The translations under genes and the position numbers were made by a program. Below, in pieces: positions 32,173 to 42,821 of a stretch of 64,000 bases of DNA (position 1 is the stretch's first letter; each line of letters begins with the position of its first letter). The notes below the pieces were generated by a model. It was not told the DNA's origin and made no database searches. It saw only the letters and a program-made list of their open reading frames with translations. Source of the DNA: Alphaproteobacteria bacterium. Lineage in GTDB: Bacteria > Pseudomonadota > Alphaproteobacteria > SHVV01. The stretch is from contig OZ253470.1 of the NCBI GenBank assembly GCA_965261735.1, forward strand, positions 480,001 to 544,000, written 5' to 3'.

Positions 32173-32959
32173 CGCCCGCGAGCTTGGCGTTGAGGGCGAA
32201 ATCGCCGTAATCGAGGATCGCGTCGGCGACGACACCGTTGGCGAACATGAGGTAGCCGACCTCGTAATCGGGGACGCCGTCGGCGGTGGCCGCGGGGTAG
32301 AACGCGACCTGAACCGGCCACGAGGCGAGCGGGCCGAGCAGCTCGCGCCCGGCGCCCTCATAGGCCCCGCCCTCCCTGCGCCGGCCGATGAAGGCGACCG
32401 CTTCGTGCAGCGAGTCGACCCGGGCACCGTCGAACACAAGCGCGGCAAAACGGCTGTCGCCGGCGGCCGCGCGATCGAGAAGCATGAGGGCATGCCGTGT
32501 CGGAAACAGGGTTCCCTTGGGCAGGGCCAGGCGGCCATCGGCCGGCTTGGTGAAGGTGACGTAGCCGCCGGCCGGGTCCGTTACCGCGCGACCGTCGACG
32601 GCTTCGTCGAGGCGGCCGTTGAGCTCGCTCCGGGCACTAAAGCGGAAGTTCCTCCCATCCTTCGATTCCCACGACGAAATGTGAGAGTCGGAGGTGAAGG
32701 CCGGACCCTCCTGCCTCACGAGCTCTATGTGGATCCGCTGATTGAGGGTATGGCCCTCGCAGGCATCCACCCATTCCATGACCATGCGGCCGCGCGCATC
32801 GGCAATCCCGCTCCCGGGTTCGGCGCGCTCGAGGCTCAGTTCATAGATCGCGCGGTGCGGCGTCAGGCGCACGACATCGGCCCGGCTGGCGGCGTTCATC
32901 CCCGCGCAGGCCAGGAATGCCAGACCCACGCGGAACAGTATGGCGATCGATGTCGGCAT
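32147..32959 (-). CDS. eipB: EipB (DUF1849) cell-envelope integrity protein
   Basis: Signal peptide; LTPHRAIYEL, ACEG, SWES.DG, FPT.H, NGV....LDYGDF, terminal Cys. Confidence 0.8.
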   Translation of the reverse strand: MPTSIAILFRVGLAFLACAGMNAASRADVVRLTPHRAIYELSLERAEPGSGIADARGRMVMEWVDACEGHTLNQRIHIELVRQEGPAFTSDSHISSWESKDGRNFRFSARSELNGRLDEAVDGRAVTDPAGGYVTFTKPADGRLALPKGTLFPTRHALMLLDRAAAGDSRFAALVFDGARVDSLHEAVAFIGRRREGGAYEGAGRELLGPLASWPVQVAFYPAATADGVPDYEVGYLMFANGVVADAILDYGDFALNAKLAGVSELPVHC

Positions 32960-33179
32960 CGCGATCCTCGCTGGTCCAGTGTACACGCTCGCCGCGCCGA
33001 TAGAAGTGCCCGGTGGCCGTCTCGGACCGGAAGGTTCTGCCTAGGTGGCACAACCTTCCGGGGTTGCCCCGTTTCAGGCGCTTGATCGCGCTCGCTTTTG
33101 TCTTGGCACGCGAGTTGCTTGCCAAAAGCAGGACTGCCCGGCCACCTCGGCGCCCGGCGCCAGAACAAAAAGGCAGACC

Positions 33180-33887
33180 ATGGCCCCTTCCCTGCTTCCG
33201 GCGACCCGCCCCTTCACCTCGCCGCCCACTCCCGCCGACCCCGTCGCGGTGCAAATCCCCTCGTTCGGTCAGATCGGGCTCGAAGCCGAGGGCGGTGCGC
33301 AAAGCACCCTCCTCGAGCAGGCGCTGTCGCTCCTTTCTGCGGCGGAAAAACGCCTCGCCGAGCAGCGCGAGCGGATCGCCCACCTCGAATCGCTGGCCCT
33401 AACCGACATCCTGACCGGGCTGCCCAACCGGCGCGCCCTCGACCAATTCCTCGAGCAAGCCCTGGCCGCCGCGCGTCGTTATAGCGAAACCGGCGTGTTG
33501 TGCTTTATCGATCTCGACAATTTCAAGACCGTCAACGACACGCTCGGGCACGAGGCCGGCGACAGGGTGCTGGAGCGCGTCGCCGAGCTTCTCGCCACCA
33601 ACATTCGGGCCACCGATTTCGTCTCCCGCTTCGGCGGCGACGAGTTCGTCATCCTTATGGTACGGACCAACTCGGACGAAGGAACGAACCGCGCGCGGCA
33701 GCTCCAGGGCATGGTCAACGGATCCTACGCGCTGCACGGCGCGACCCGCATTTACGTGCGCGCGAGCTTCGGCATCCTGGGCTACGATTCCGGTAGCAAT
33801 GCGGCGGCTCTGATGGGCAGCGCGGACGCGGCAATGTATCTCGACAAGAAGCGCCGCTTTGGGCAGCGGCCCCGCGACGCGGCCTAG
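33180..33887 (+). CDS. Coiled-coil + GGDEF diguanylate cyclase
   Basis: D.LTGLPNRR, DLDNFK.VND.LGH, RATD I-site, RFGGDEF. Confidence 0.9.
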   Translation: MAPSLLPATRPFTSPPTPADPVAVQIPSFGQIGLEAEGGAQSTLLEQALSLLSAAEKRLAEQRERIAHLESLALTDILTGLPNRRALDQFLEQALAAARRYSETGVLCFIDLDNFKTVNDTLGHEAGDRVLERVAELLATNIRATDFVSRFGGDEFVILMVRTNSDEGTNRARQLQGMVNGSYALHGATRIYVRASFGILGYDSGSNAAALMGSADAAMYLDKKRRFGQRPRDAA

Positions 33888-34043
33888 GGCTCCGTTGAGT
33901 CAAAGCCGCCGCCCCGGAGTCCGCAGCCCAGCCGCTAGAAGAGAGGCGCCGGCAACGGGCTTGGCCAAAGTCGGGCCGATGGTATGATCCGTGCCGCGCG
34001 GCAAGGCGGGCCGCGCGGCACGGATCGACGGCCGGAGCGGGGC

Positions 34044-34547
34044 ATGGCCACCGGGATCGAAGCGCGGCTCAAGGAACTCGGCATCACCCTGCCGGAGGCA
34101 CCGGCGCCGCTCGCCAACTACGTGCCCAGCGTCGTCTCCGATCGCCTCGTATTCATCGCCGGTCAGCTGCCGCTCGCCGACGGCCACCTCAGTTGCGTCG
34201 GCGCGCTGGGCGCGGAAGTTGGCGTTGAGGAGGGCCGTGCCGCGGCACGCCAATGCGGGCTTGATATATTGGCGCAGCTCAGGGCCGCCGTGGGCTCGCT
34301 CGACCGCGTCACGCGCTGCGTCCGGCTCGGCGGGTATGTCAATGCGACGGCCGAGTTCTCGCAGCATCCCGAGGTCATCAACGGCGCGTCGGACCTTATG
34401 GTGGAGGTATTTGGCGACGCCGGTCGGCATGCACGCGCGGCGCTGGGTGCGAGCGGGCTGCCGCGAGGCGCCGCAGTGGAGGTCGAGGCCGTATTCGAGA
34501 TCGAAGGGCGCGCCGATGGCGCCGCCGAGGCGATGCGCGATGGGTGA
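34044..34547 (+). CDS. RidA/YjgF-family protein
   Basis: P.ANYVP, AGQLP, VINGASDL, GRHAR.A.G..LP. Confidence 0.9.
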   Translation: MATGIEARLKELGITLPEAPAPLANYVPSVVSDRLVFIAGQLPLADGHLSCVGALGAEVGVEEGRAAARQCGLDILAQLRAAVGSLDRVTRCVRLGGYVNATAEFSQHPEVINGASDLMVEVFGDAGRHARAALGASGLPRGAAVEVEAVFEIEGRADGAAEAMRDG

Positions 34548-35709
34548 CGCCGAGCAACGGCTGACCGCCACGGTTAGGGCCGTCGAAGGCATTGCCGACC
34601 TCGCACCGGAGGCCTGGGACGCCTGTGCCGGCGTTGACAATCCCTTCGTGAGCCACGCGTTCCTGGCCGCGCTTGAAGCGAGCGAGTGCGTTGCCGCCGG
34701 CACCGGCTGGGCTCCCCACCACCTGGCACTGGAGGACGCGGCCGGCACCCTGCTCGGCGCCGTGCCGATGTACCTGAAGGGCAACTCCTACGGCGAGTAC
34801 ATATTCGACCATACCTGGGCCGCCGCCTACGAGCGCGCGGGCGGACAGTACTATCCGAAATTGTTGGTTGCGGTGCCTTTCACGCCAGTTCCGGGGCCGC
34901 GCCTACTGGCCCGCCCGGGCGCGGCGAGCGGATCCATCGCCGATGCGCTCCTCGGCGCGTGCGTGGAAGTCGCGAGCAAGCTCGAGGTCTCGATTCTGAG
35001 CTTCAACTTCCCCACCGAGGCCGAGTGGCAACGCATGGGGGCGGCCGGACTGCTGCTCCGTACGGGCGAACAGTTCCACTGGGAGAACCGTGGCTACGAT
35101 GATTTTGACGCGTTCCTAGGCGACCTCGCCTCGCGCAAACGCAAGGCGATCCGCAAGGAGCGCCGCGAGGCCCTCGCCAATGGGATCATCGTCGAGGTCC
35201 TGACCGGTGCCGACATTCGCGAGGCACACTGGGACGCGTTCTTCGACTTCTACATGGATACCGGCGCGCGCAAGTGGGGGCAGCCCTACCTCAACCGCAC
35301 CTTCTTCAGCCTCCTCGGGGCGGCGATGTCGGAGCGTGTGGCGCTCGTCATGGCGCGCCGCGGCGGCCGCTACATCGCCGGCGCGCTGCACCTGGTCGGA
35401 AGCGACACCGTCTACGGCCGCTACTGGGGCTGCTGCGAGGACCACCGCTTCCTCCATTTCGAGCTGTGCTACTACCAGGCCATCGAATTCGCGATCGCGC
35501 ACCGGCTCGGCCGCGCCGAGGCCGGTGCGCAGGGACCGCACAAGCTGGCCCGCGCCTACCTTCCCGTCCACACCTACAGCGCCCACTGGATTCGCAACCC
35601 CAGCTTCCGTACGGCGGTCGACCGCTACCTCGGAGAGGAAAGGCGCGAAATCGACCGCGACATCGCCGCGCTTGAAAGCTATTCACCGTTCCGGCGCGGC
35701 GACAGTTAA
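34540..35709 (+). CDS. DUF482 GNAT/FemAB-like acyltransferase
   Basis: NPFVSHAFL, SYGEYIFD, PFTPVPGPR, YGRYWG, HFELCYYQAI, EAGAQG.HK. Confidence 0.9.
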   Translation: MGDAEQRLTATVRAVEGIADLAPEAWDACAGVDNPFVSHAFLAALEASECVAAGTGWAPHHLALEDAAGTLLGAVPMYLKGNSYGEYIFDHTWAAAYERAGGQYYPKLLVAVPFTPVPGPRLLARPGAASGSIADALLGACVEVASKLEVSILSFNFPTEAEWQRMGAAGLLLRTGEQFHWENRGYDDFDAFLGDLASRKRKAIRKERREALANGIIVEVLTGADIREAHWDAFFDFYMDTGARKWGQPYLNRTFFSLLGAAMSERVALVMARRGGRYIAGALHLVGSDTVYGRYWGCCEDHRFLHFELCYYQAIEFAIAHRLGRAEAGAQGPHKLARAYLPVHTYSAHWIRNPSFRTAVDRYLGEERREIDRDIAALESYSPFRRGDS

Positions 35710-35739
35710 GAAAGCGACCGGCACGGCGACGGCAAAGCG

Positions 35740-36232
35740 ATGGCCCGACCAATCCTCACCTTCATTATCGGCGGCCTGTTCGGCGGCGGCGCGGGATTCG
35801 CCGTCGGCATCTTCATCTATCCGTACATCTTCTTGGCCGACATCGTGTCGAGCGAGCAGGTCGTTGGCGCGGACTCCAAGACGGTCGTCGCCACAGGCAC
35901 CTTCATCCATGCCGATCCCGGTGACCCGATCCATTACGGAAGGCGGGGTCACCGTGTATGACGACACGGTTCACCTCGAGAGCGACTTCAAGGGTGGCCC
36001 CGGACCGAAGTTCCATGTCTACCTGGTGCCGAGCGCCGCCGTGAGCTCCTCGTCCGACGTTAAGGACACGATGTTCATTGACCTCGGGCGCCTCAAGGCC
36101 TTTCAGGGGAGCCAGAACCTTGCGGTCCCGGCCGGGGTCGACCTGCCCAAGTACGGCAGCGTTGTCATCTGGTGCGAGCCGTTCGGCGTGTTGATTTCGC
36201 CGGCGACGCTCTACCCCGCATTTCCCAGGTAG
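35740..36232 (+). pseudogene. DM13-domain protein, frameshift near 35940
   Basis: N-terminal TM, GTFIHAD..DPIHYG | GGVTV...GPGPKFHVYL...DLGRLKAF.GSQN...VVIWC..FGV in two frames. Confidence 0.75.
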
Positions 36233-36299
36233 CTCATCTATTTGATGCCGTTTCCACTTGATTTTGTTATAAGAATCATAGGTTTAGGCTAGATAGAGG

Positions 36300-37656
36300 G
36301 TGGATCGCATGCGGAACCCGGAGGGTGAATCGGATCGGCGGCCTCTGCGGCCTTGTTTAGACCGTCGCCTGAAGCTGGAGTTCCACGGTTCACGGGTCAC
36401 GTCGGACGCCGGTCTGCTCGCCTATCGGGAACTCGATGATATCCTTGGCCTCACCGCCCTGGCGAGCAATGTCCTGGCTGACAGCCGGACGGGCAAGAAC
36501 GGCTGGCACGACGTTGTCGGACTGCTGCGTCAGTCCGTCTATGGACGTCTCGCCGGATATGAGGACGTGAACGACGCCGACCGGTTGGGGCGCGATCCTG
36601 CGATGCGGTGGATCGTCGGCGGAAAGGCCGTCGAGCGCGGCGGCGCATCGACCAGCCAGATGAGCCGCTTGGAGACCGAGTTGCTGTCCAAGGACGAGAA
36701 CCTCACCTCCCTTGCCGACCTGTCCGGGCTTTGGATCGACCGGGTTCACGACCGCCGGCCGCCGGTCAAGATCATTCTCGATATGGATTCCAGCGTCAGC
36801 CCGACCTACGGTGACCAGGAGGGCACGGCCTACAACGGTCACTTTGGCTGCACCTGTTATCATCCCCTGTTCCTGTTCAATCAGTTTGGCGACCTGGAGC
36901 GATGTCGCCTACGTCCCGGCAACGTTCACAGTGCCGATGGATGGCGCGACGTTCTGGAGCCGGTGGTAGAACGCTACAAGGCCACGAAGGTTCGGCTCTA
37001 TTTTCGCGGTGACGCGGCGTTTGCCTCGCCGGACATTTACGAATACCTCGAAGCCGAGGGCTTTCTGTATGCGATCCGCCTTCCGGCCGACACGGTTCTC
37101 CAGGAAAGCATCGCCCACCTGTTGACCCGGCCCGTTGGTCGGCCGCCCAACCATGTTCGCCGCTACTACACCAACTTCAGCTATCAGGCCGGTTCGTGGA
37201 ACAAGAAACGTCGTGTGGTTGCCAAGGTCGAATGGCATCCCGGCGAACTGTACCCCCGCGTCGGCTTCATCGTCACCAACCTGAGTCGTCCTGCCGAGCG
37301 GGTGGTTGCGTTCTACAATCAGCGCGGCACCGCCGAGCAATGGATCAAGGAAGGCAAGAACGCCATCAAGTGGACGCTTGTCCTGCCGCAAGTTCGACCA
37401 CAATGCCGTCCGGCTCCAGCTGCATGCACTGGCCTATAACCTCGGCAACTTCATGCGCACCCTGGCGTTGCCCGATTCCGTGGAGCAGTGGTCGCTGACG
37501 ACGCTGCGGGAGAAGCTGATCAAGATCGGCGCGAAGATCGTCCGCCACGGCCGCTACGTCATCTTCCAGATGGCCGAGGTCGCCATCCCGAGAGACCTCT
37601 TCGCCGACATCCTGCGCCGCATCGACCGGCTCAGACCGACGCGCACTCCGGCATGA
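36300..37656 (+). mobile_element. IS1380-family transposase, frameshifted (~37376); element ends not resolved
   Basis: VTSDAGLL, LDMDSS, YFRGDAAF, FYNQRGTAEQWIKEGK; WTRLSC motif broken by a 2-bp loss. Confidence 0.85.
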
Positions 37657-37864
37657 CCGACGGCATCCCGCTCATCCACGCAGACGACAGGATCGGTGCA
37701 TCTGGTATGCAGCAGAAGAGTCCGTTTGCCCCGCCACCCCCGCCAATTGTCCCTCCATCCGATGGAATCGGATTACAGGCGGCCGCAGGACGCAAGCCAG
37801 TTGCAATGCGAGCGGTTCCGAGTCACGATCAACTCGCCGATGAGGTGTCCGAAGGAGCGGTTGG

Positions 37865-38620
37865 GTGAGCATGTATGAGAAGCTTTCTGAAAGACTGATG
37901 GCTGCTCTGCATATGGCGGTACCGCCGGTGGCGGTCAGTTTTCCAAGCCGAGCACCGTCGGCGATGGCCAGGCCGGCAACCCCGGTAGCGGCTGGCTGTG
38001 CATTCTGGGAGCAAGGGGCAAATCGAGCGGTAACTACTACCGCGAGTGACCATCGCTTCTGCTCTATCGGGATACACACCCATAACATCGCTGGAGCACC
38101 CGACTCCCAAGCGGGCGAACTGCAGGATGCGCTCGCGGCCATGCAGGGCTTGGACTATGTGCGGCCCGACGAGGTTGCAGCCCTTCCGGTTATGAAGAAT
38201 TCGGTATCCTATGTTGTCTATTGCCCCTTGGGAGAGATGGCAGAGCAACCCCAGGTAGTGCTGCTGTTTGCACATTCCGCCCAGGGCTTGGTGTTATCCG
38301 AGGCATTGGCGCGGGTGGACGGCGCCGTGCCAATCGCCATGGGGAGACCTGCCTGTGCACTGATTCCCCAGGTTGCAAACAGTGCACGCTCGGCCGCGAG
38401 CTTGGGCTGCTGCGGCGCCCGAGCGTATCTCGACGTACTGAGTGATGATGTGGCAATGTGGGGTCTGCATGGTGGAAAGATCGAGCAGTATGTCTCGGAG
38501 ATCGAGACCCTAGCCAAGGCTAACGCGATACTCACTCAGTTCCACGAACGACGGCGCAGCGACATAGAGTCAGGCGAGTTGCCAAGTGTCGCCGAGTCCT
38601 TGTCCCGCCTGCCCGGTTAG
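37865..38620 (+). CDS. DUF169-family Cys-rich protein
   Basis: PPVAV, GCAFW, HRFCSIG, GRPACA, SLGCCGAR.Y. Confidence 0.7.
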   Translation: MSMYEKLSERLMAALHMAVPPVAVSFPSRAPSAMARPATPVAAGCAFWEQGANRAVTTTASDHRFCSIGIHTHNIAGAPDSQAGELQDALAAMQGLDYVRPDEVAALPVMKNSVSYVVYCPLGEMAEQPQVVLLFAHSAQGLVLSEALARVDGAVPIAMGRPACALIPQVANSARSAASLGCCGARAYLDVLSDDVAMWGLHGGKIEQYVSEIETLAKANAILTQFHERRRSDIESGELPSVAESLSRLPG

Positions 38621-38656
38621 CCTCTTCTAAAGCGGATACGCGAGGCCATCCCCGTT

Positions 38657-38940
38657 ATGAAGGTTGTCCTGATCAACCCGTATGAGCTGGGCCGCCAACC
38701 CTTCGCCCTCGCGCAGCCGGCAGCGTGGCTCAAGGAAGCGGGTCACCAGGTGTGCTGCCTCGAGCTGTCCTTGCAGCAGTTAGACGATGTTGCACTGGGC
38801 CATGCCGAGCTTGTTGCCGTATACGTAGGCATGCATACAGCAGCTCGTATTGCCGCGGAGGCTTTGCCCCGCATCCGCGCGCTTGCGCCCCAGGCGCACG
38901 TTAGCGTCTACGGTCTATATGCTCCGATGAACGATGGTCT
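38657..38940 (+). pseudogene. N-terminus of a B12-binding radical SAM protein (CUAEP/CCAEP-tail type), truncated by IS3
   Basis: YELGRQPFALA.PAAWL, MHTAARIA, YGLYAPMN, then IS3 end at 38941. Confidence 0.6.
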
Positions 38941-39166
38941 TGGAGTGACCCCCTAAAAGTGGTCCAGATTTGTTAAGAGAGTTTGGCGCATTTTGCCCCC
39001 TCGAAAGGAGGACAAAATGAGCCGTAAACGCTACACCCCAGAACAGATTATCAGCATGTTGCGCGAAGCCGAGGTGGCCTTGGCGCAGGGCCAGTCCGTT
39101 GGTCAAGCTTGTCGCACGCTCGGCGTATCGGAGCAGAGTTACTATCGCTGGCGCAAGGAATATGGC
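38941..39166 (+). mobile_element. IS3-family left-end fragment with partial orfA
   Basis: Starts TGGAGTGACCCC; AGGAGG RBS; MSRKRYTPEQIISMLREAE...GVSEQSYYRWRKEYG. Confidence 0.8.
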
Positions 39167-39650
39167 CTTGATTACCCCGGATTCGACGATCTTCACCCTC
39201 ACACCAATCGCGTCCAACTCGAAGCTCAATGCCTCGGAGAGGCCCTCAACGGCGAATTTGGTGCCGTGGTACAGCGTCCCCAGCGGGAAAGTCATCTTTC
39301 CGCCGACCGACGAAATGTTGACGATCACACCGCCCTTGTTCGCGCGGAAATGTGGTAGAACGGCCTTGGTGACAGCCAGCAGTCCGATCACGTTGGTATC
39401 GAACTGGCGCTCGATCTTCTCCATCGGTGTGGCTTCCAGCGGGCCGAAGGCGCCGTACCCGGCATTGTTCAACAACGCATCGATCTTGCCGAATTTCGGT
39501 CACGTCCAGCCGCGCAACCAAAACACTGTCGAGCCTGGTCAGCTCGTCTTCGCCTTCGGGCTTGCGCATGGTGGCGATGACTTTCCAACCCTTTTCCTGG
39601 AACAGCTCGGCGGTGGTCTTGCCGATGCCGCTTGAGGCGCCGGTGATCAG
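39167..39650 (-). pseudogene. SDR oxidoreductase fragment with internal deletion
   Basis: LITGASSGIG...LDVT | NNAGYG...YHGTK across frames; no start or stop. Confidence 0.75.
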
Positions 39651-40102
39651 GCCGCGCTAGGTAGAAAGTTTCGTCACTTTCGTATATAAGCCCCTTTGGT
39701 ATGGCCGGGCGTAAACAAGATGCGAGCGCTTCCAACCGTGTGATCATCCTCGCCCTCTAGGATGATCTCAGCATTCGGCTGGGCCGCCCTTTCGAATTCG
39801 TGAATGACGCGCTCGGCGCCGAAGTGTCTCGATGTAGGCTTTGGTGGGGCATGGCAGTGCGGAGCTTGCCGATGGTCGCAGGCGCCCCATTTGCGCCCCC
39901 ACATGGCCTCGAGCTCGTCGTACCAGGTGGCCTCGTCGAGGCGCCGCGGCGGCCAGGTCCGGCTCGTAGCCGGGGATCTTTTGCGAGATTGGCGTCGTTC
40001 GAGTTCGTGGTCACGGCAGCACCTCCCGCAAGGCAGCCGCAACCGGCGGCGCGCCATCATGACGCGCGCGCCGCCGGTGGCCGTTCGGCCTATGCTTTCG
40101 GC

Positions 40103-41290
40103 CTAGCTGCCGGTGTCGTCCCAGTACTCGTCGCGTACCGGGACCAGCCTGCCGTCCACCCACTTGACGAACAGGACCGAGTCACGGATGGAATCGCCCG
40201 AGCCGTCCCAGCCGATGACGCCGCTCAGCGACTCGATCGCCTCGGTATCGGCAAAGGCCTTGCGAATGCCCTCGCGGGTCAGGTCCTCGGCCCGATTGAG
40301 GATCTGGGCGGTGATGAACGCCGCGTCCGCGGTCATTGCGGCCCAGGTCGTCGGATCCTTGCCGTAGTGCTCCTTGTACACCTTTTTGATGTCCTGAACG
40401 TACGGCCTGGGATCGGTCGGGTCGTAGTTACTGTAGAGGATCGTCGGGCCGCCGAACTCCTCGGCTACCTTGCCCTTCGACATCTTCCAGTAGTCCTTGT
40501 TGCTCGACCCCATGGTGGCGAGGACGGGCTGCTTCAGACCCATGTCGCGGGCCTGGCCCATCATCGTGCCGCCATCGAAGGCCTGTAGGGCGGTGAAGAA
40601 GGCATCGACATTGGCCGCCTTGATGCGCGTGAGCTGGGCCGAGAAGTCGGTCTCCTTGACCTTGGCGGTGACCTCGATCAGCTCGATGCCGTTCTGCTTG
40701 GCCAGATCACGCCACACGATGGCGTTGGCGACGTTGGCCTCGTCGTCGTGCGCATAGATGAGTGCCGCCTTCTTAATGCCGAACTTCTTCTTGGCTTTGG
40801 GAATAAGGACGGGCAGCGCCGTATGGGCCTGTGGCAGGGCGCGGAACACCCACGGATTGAAGTGGCCCATGCGCCAGAACCCGCCGGACGAGAATGCGAA
40901 CAGAGGCAGCTTCGCGTCGCCCGTGAGATCGTGGACCGCGGCGATGACGCTGGTGGCGCCGCCATCGAAGATCATGGTCACGTTGGGATCGCGGGCCAGC
41001 TTCTTGAAGCTGGAGACCGAGGTCGGCAGGTCGTCGTAGGGCGCGTCCGCCTTGTAGAACTCGATCGGGCGTCCCTTGATGCCGCCGCGCATGTTGATGA
41101 TCTTCTGCGCCACGACGGCACCCGTCCACATGTCCTCGCCCCAGTCGGCGGCGGCGCCGCTGAAGCTCTCCATCATCGGAATGCGGATCGGCTCGCCCTT
41201 GGCCTCCGCGGCCAGCGCCGCCGGCGCACTCGCCAGAGCCAGGCCGAGCACGGCCAGCACCGGTGTCAAAAAGCGAAAACCGAATTTCAT
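40103..41290 (-). CDS. ABC transporter substrate-binding protein (LivJ/branched-chain family)
   Basis: Signal peptide, GGAGG RBS, IN..GGIKGRPIE, DFSAQLTRIKAAN.D. Confidence 0.85.
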   Translation of the reverse strand: MKFGFRFLTPVLAVLGLALASAPAALAAEAKGEPIRIPMMESFSGAAADWGEDMWTGAVVAQKIINMRGGIKGRPIEFYKADAPYDDLPTSVSSFKKLARDPNVTMIFDGGATSVIAAVHDLTGDAKLPLFAFSSGGFWRMGHFNPWVFRALPQAHTALPVLIPKAKKKFGIKKAALIYAHDDEANVANAIVWRDLAKQNGIELIEVTAKVKETDFSAQLTRIKAANVDAFFTALQAFDGGTMMGQARDMGLKQPVLATMGSSNKDYWKMSKGKVAEEFGGPTILYSNYDPTDPRPYVQDIKKVYKEHYGKDPTTWAAMTADAAFITAQILNRAEDLTREGIRKAFADTEAIESLSGVIGWDGSGDSIRDSVLFVKWVDGRLVPVRDEYWDDTGS

Positions 41291-41472
41291 AGCGTCCTCC
41301 CGTAGGATGCGATTTGCAGGCTCCAAACAAACTGGAGCGGCGACGATTCGAACGGGCTTCCAGACCCCCGCGCCCGCCATTACTACTCAACGCGTACACG
41401 TGCCGTGTAGCGGCACAGCTTCTTGAGCCGGCTATTATAGGCGGGCTGCCGTGCGAACTCCACGGGCCAGAG

Positions 41473-41578
41473 GTGCCCGCGTCCAAGGAGACTCGTCGCG
41501 CTTCCCGGCATGCCTCTGGTGCAGCCCGGCGACGACCTCGCCGGGCTCATCCTCGAGGGCGTCGAGCGGGCCGGCGAG
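41473..41578 (+). pseudogene. N-terminal remnant of coenzyme F420-0:L-glutamate ligase (CofE-like)
   Basis: LVALPGMPLVQPGDDLAGLILEGVERAG matches the CofE N-terminal motif. Confidence 0.55.
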
Positions 41579-41659
41579 GTCGACGCCGCTGACCTCGGCG
41601 CCGATGGACGGCCCGAGCGGCGTTACCGCGAGGGTCCCATCGGCCGATGATCCCGTCAC
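41560..41659 (-). pseudogene. 5' stub of a second TauD-family gene
   Basis: LAVTPLGPSIGAEVSGVDL; start overlaps the stop of the intact tauD-like gene. Confidence 0.65.
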
Positions 41660-42540
41660 GCCGCGGCAGCGCGATAGAACGGCCGCTCGCCCGCGATCAT
41701 GATGCGGTGCATCAAGCGTTGTTCGGTCGCGTAGTCGGCCAGGGCGTAGTGCTGGGTCGCCATTTCATCCCAGATCGCGATCGAGTGTTCCTGCCAGGCA
41801 AAGCGAATCTGGAACTCGGGCACGCGCTGCTGAGCGTACAGCATTTGCAGCAGTGCCTTGCTTTCGGACTCACTCAACTCCTTGATCCGCTTGGTAAAAT
41901 ACTCATTGACGAACAGGATCTGGCGGCCGGTCACGGGGTGGGTACGGACCAGCGGGTGCTCCATATCCGGGTGATCGGCTTCGGCTTGACGCAGCAGCTC
42001 GTAGCCGTTCTCCAGCGTTGGGAAATATTCTTTGTACGCCCAGCCGATATCGTGAATCGCCGTCAGGCCGGAAACGAAACTCTTCATCGCCGGCGACAGC
42101 GCGTCGAAGGCCGCATACATACTGGCCCACATGGTATCGCTGCCGGCGGGCGGGAGCTTTTTCGCACGCAGGATGGCGGCAAGCGGCGGCTCTTCGAAAA
42201 ACGACACGTCGGTATGCCAAGAGGCGAAGCCGGTGCCGGGTTCGACCGGGGTGTCATGACCGCCGGCCTCGATCAGCGAAATCTCCGGATAGTCCTCACT
42301 CAAGGCGCGCGCGCGCGTGAAAAATGGGTGCGTAAACGCACTGCCAAACAGATGGGAGAGGTTTCGATGCTGGTCGGGCGTGATGTCCTGGTCGCGGAAG
42401 AAGATGACCAGGTGCTCGAACAGCGCCGCCCGGAGCTCTTCCGCCGCTCTGTTGCTGAGCGGAGCCCGCAGGTCGATTCCGCTGATCTCGGCGCCAAGGA
42501 ACGGGCCCAGTGGCGTCACCTCGATGGTTTCGTAGTCCAT
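41656..42540 (-). CDS. TauD/TfdA Fe(II)/2-oxoglutarate dioxygenase
   Basis: GAEISGIDL, WHTD, DTMWA, HPLVRTHP.TGR, WD...TQHYA, MHR. Confidence 0.92.
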   Translation of the reverse strand: MDYETIEVTPLGPFLGAEISGIDLRAPLSNRAAEELRAALFEHLVIFFRDQDITPDQHRNLSHLFGSAFTHPFFTRARALSEDYPEISLIEAGGHDTPVEPGTGFASWHTDVSFFEEPPLAAILRAKKLPPAGSDTMWASMYAAFDALSPAMKSFVSGLTAIHDIGWAYKEYFPTLENGYELLRQAEADHPDMEHPLVRTHPVTGRQILFVNEYFTKRIKELSESESKALLQMLYAQQRVPEFQIRFAWQEHSIAIWDEMATQHYALADYATEQRLMHRIMIAGERPFYRAAAA

Positions 42541-42821
42541 AGCCTCACCGTCAGGCGTAGTAGGTATCGAACGAATCGGCAGACATTAGCACCAATACCC
42601 TTAATTGGGCATGCGCCGTGGCCGGCCATAGCGCCAGGCACAGCAGACCCGCCAACAGCCATCTCGTCGTGGTTTTCACCATGGTGGCCAACCCCTTTTG
42701 TTTGCGAGGCACGCGCCTCAGCGATTCTGCGGCAGCGCGCACCGCGATGGAAGGACCGCGCGTGACGTTACGGCGAGCCTTAGCTCTCCCCAGTCCATGT
42801 TTCTCCGACGGCTTAGCGCAA

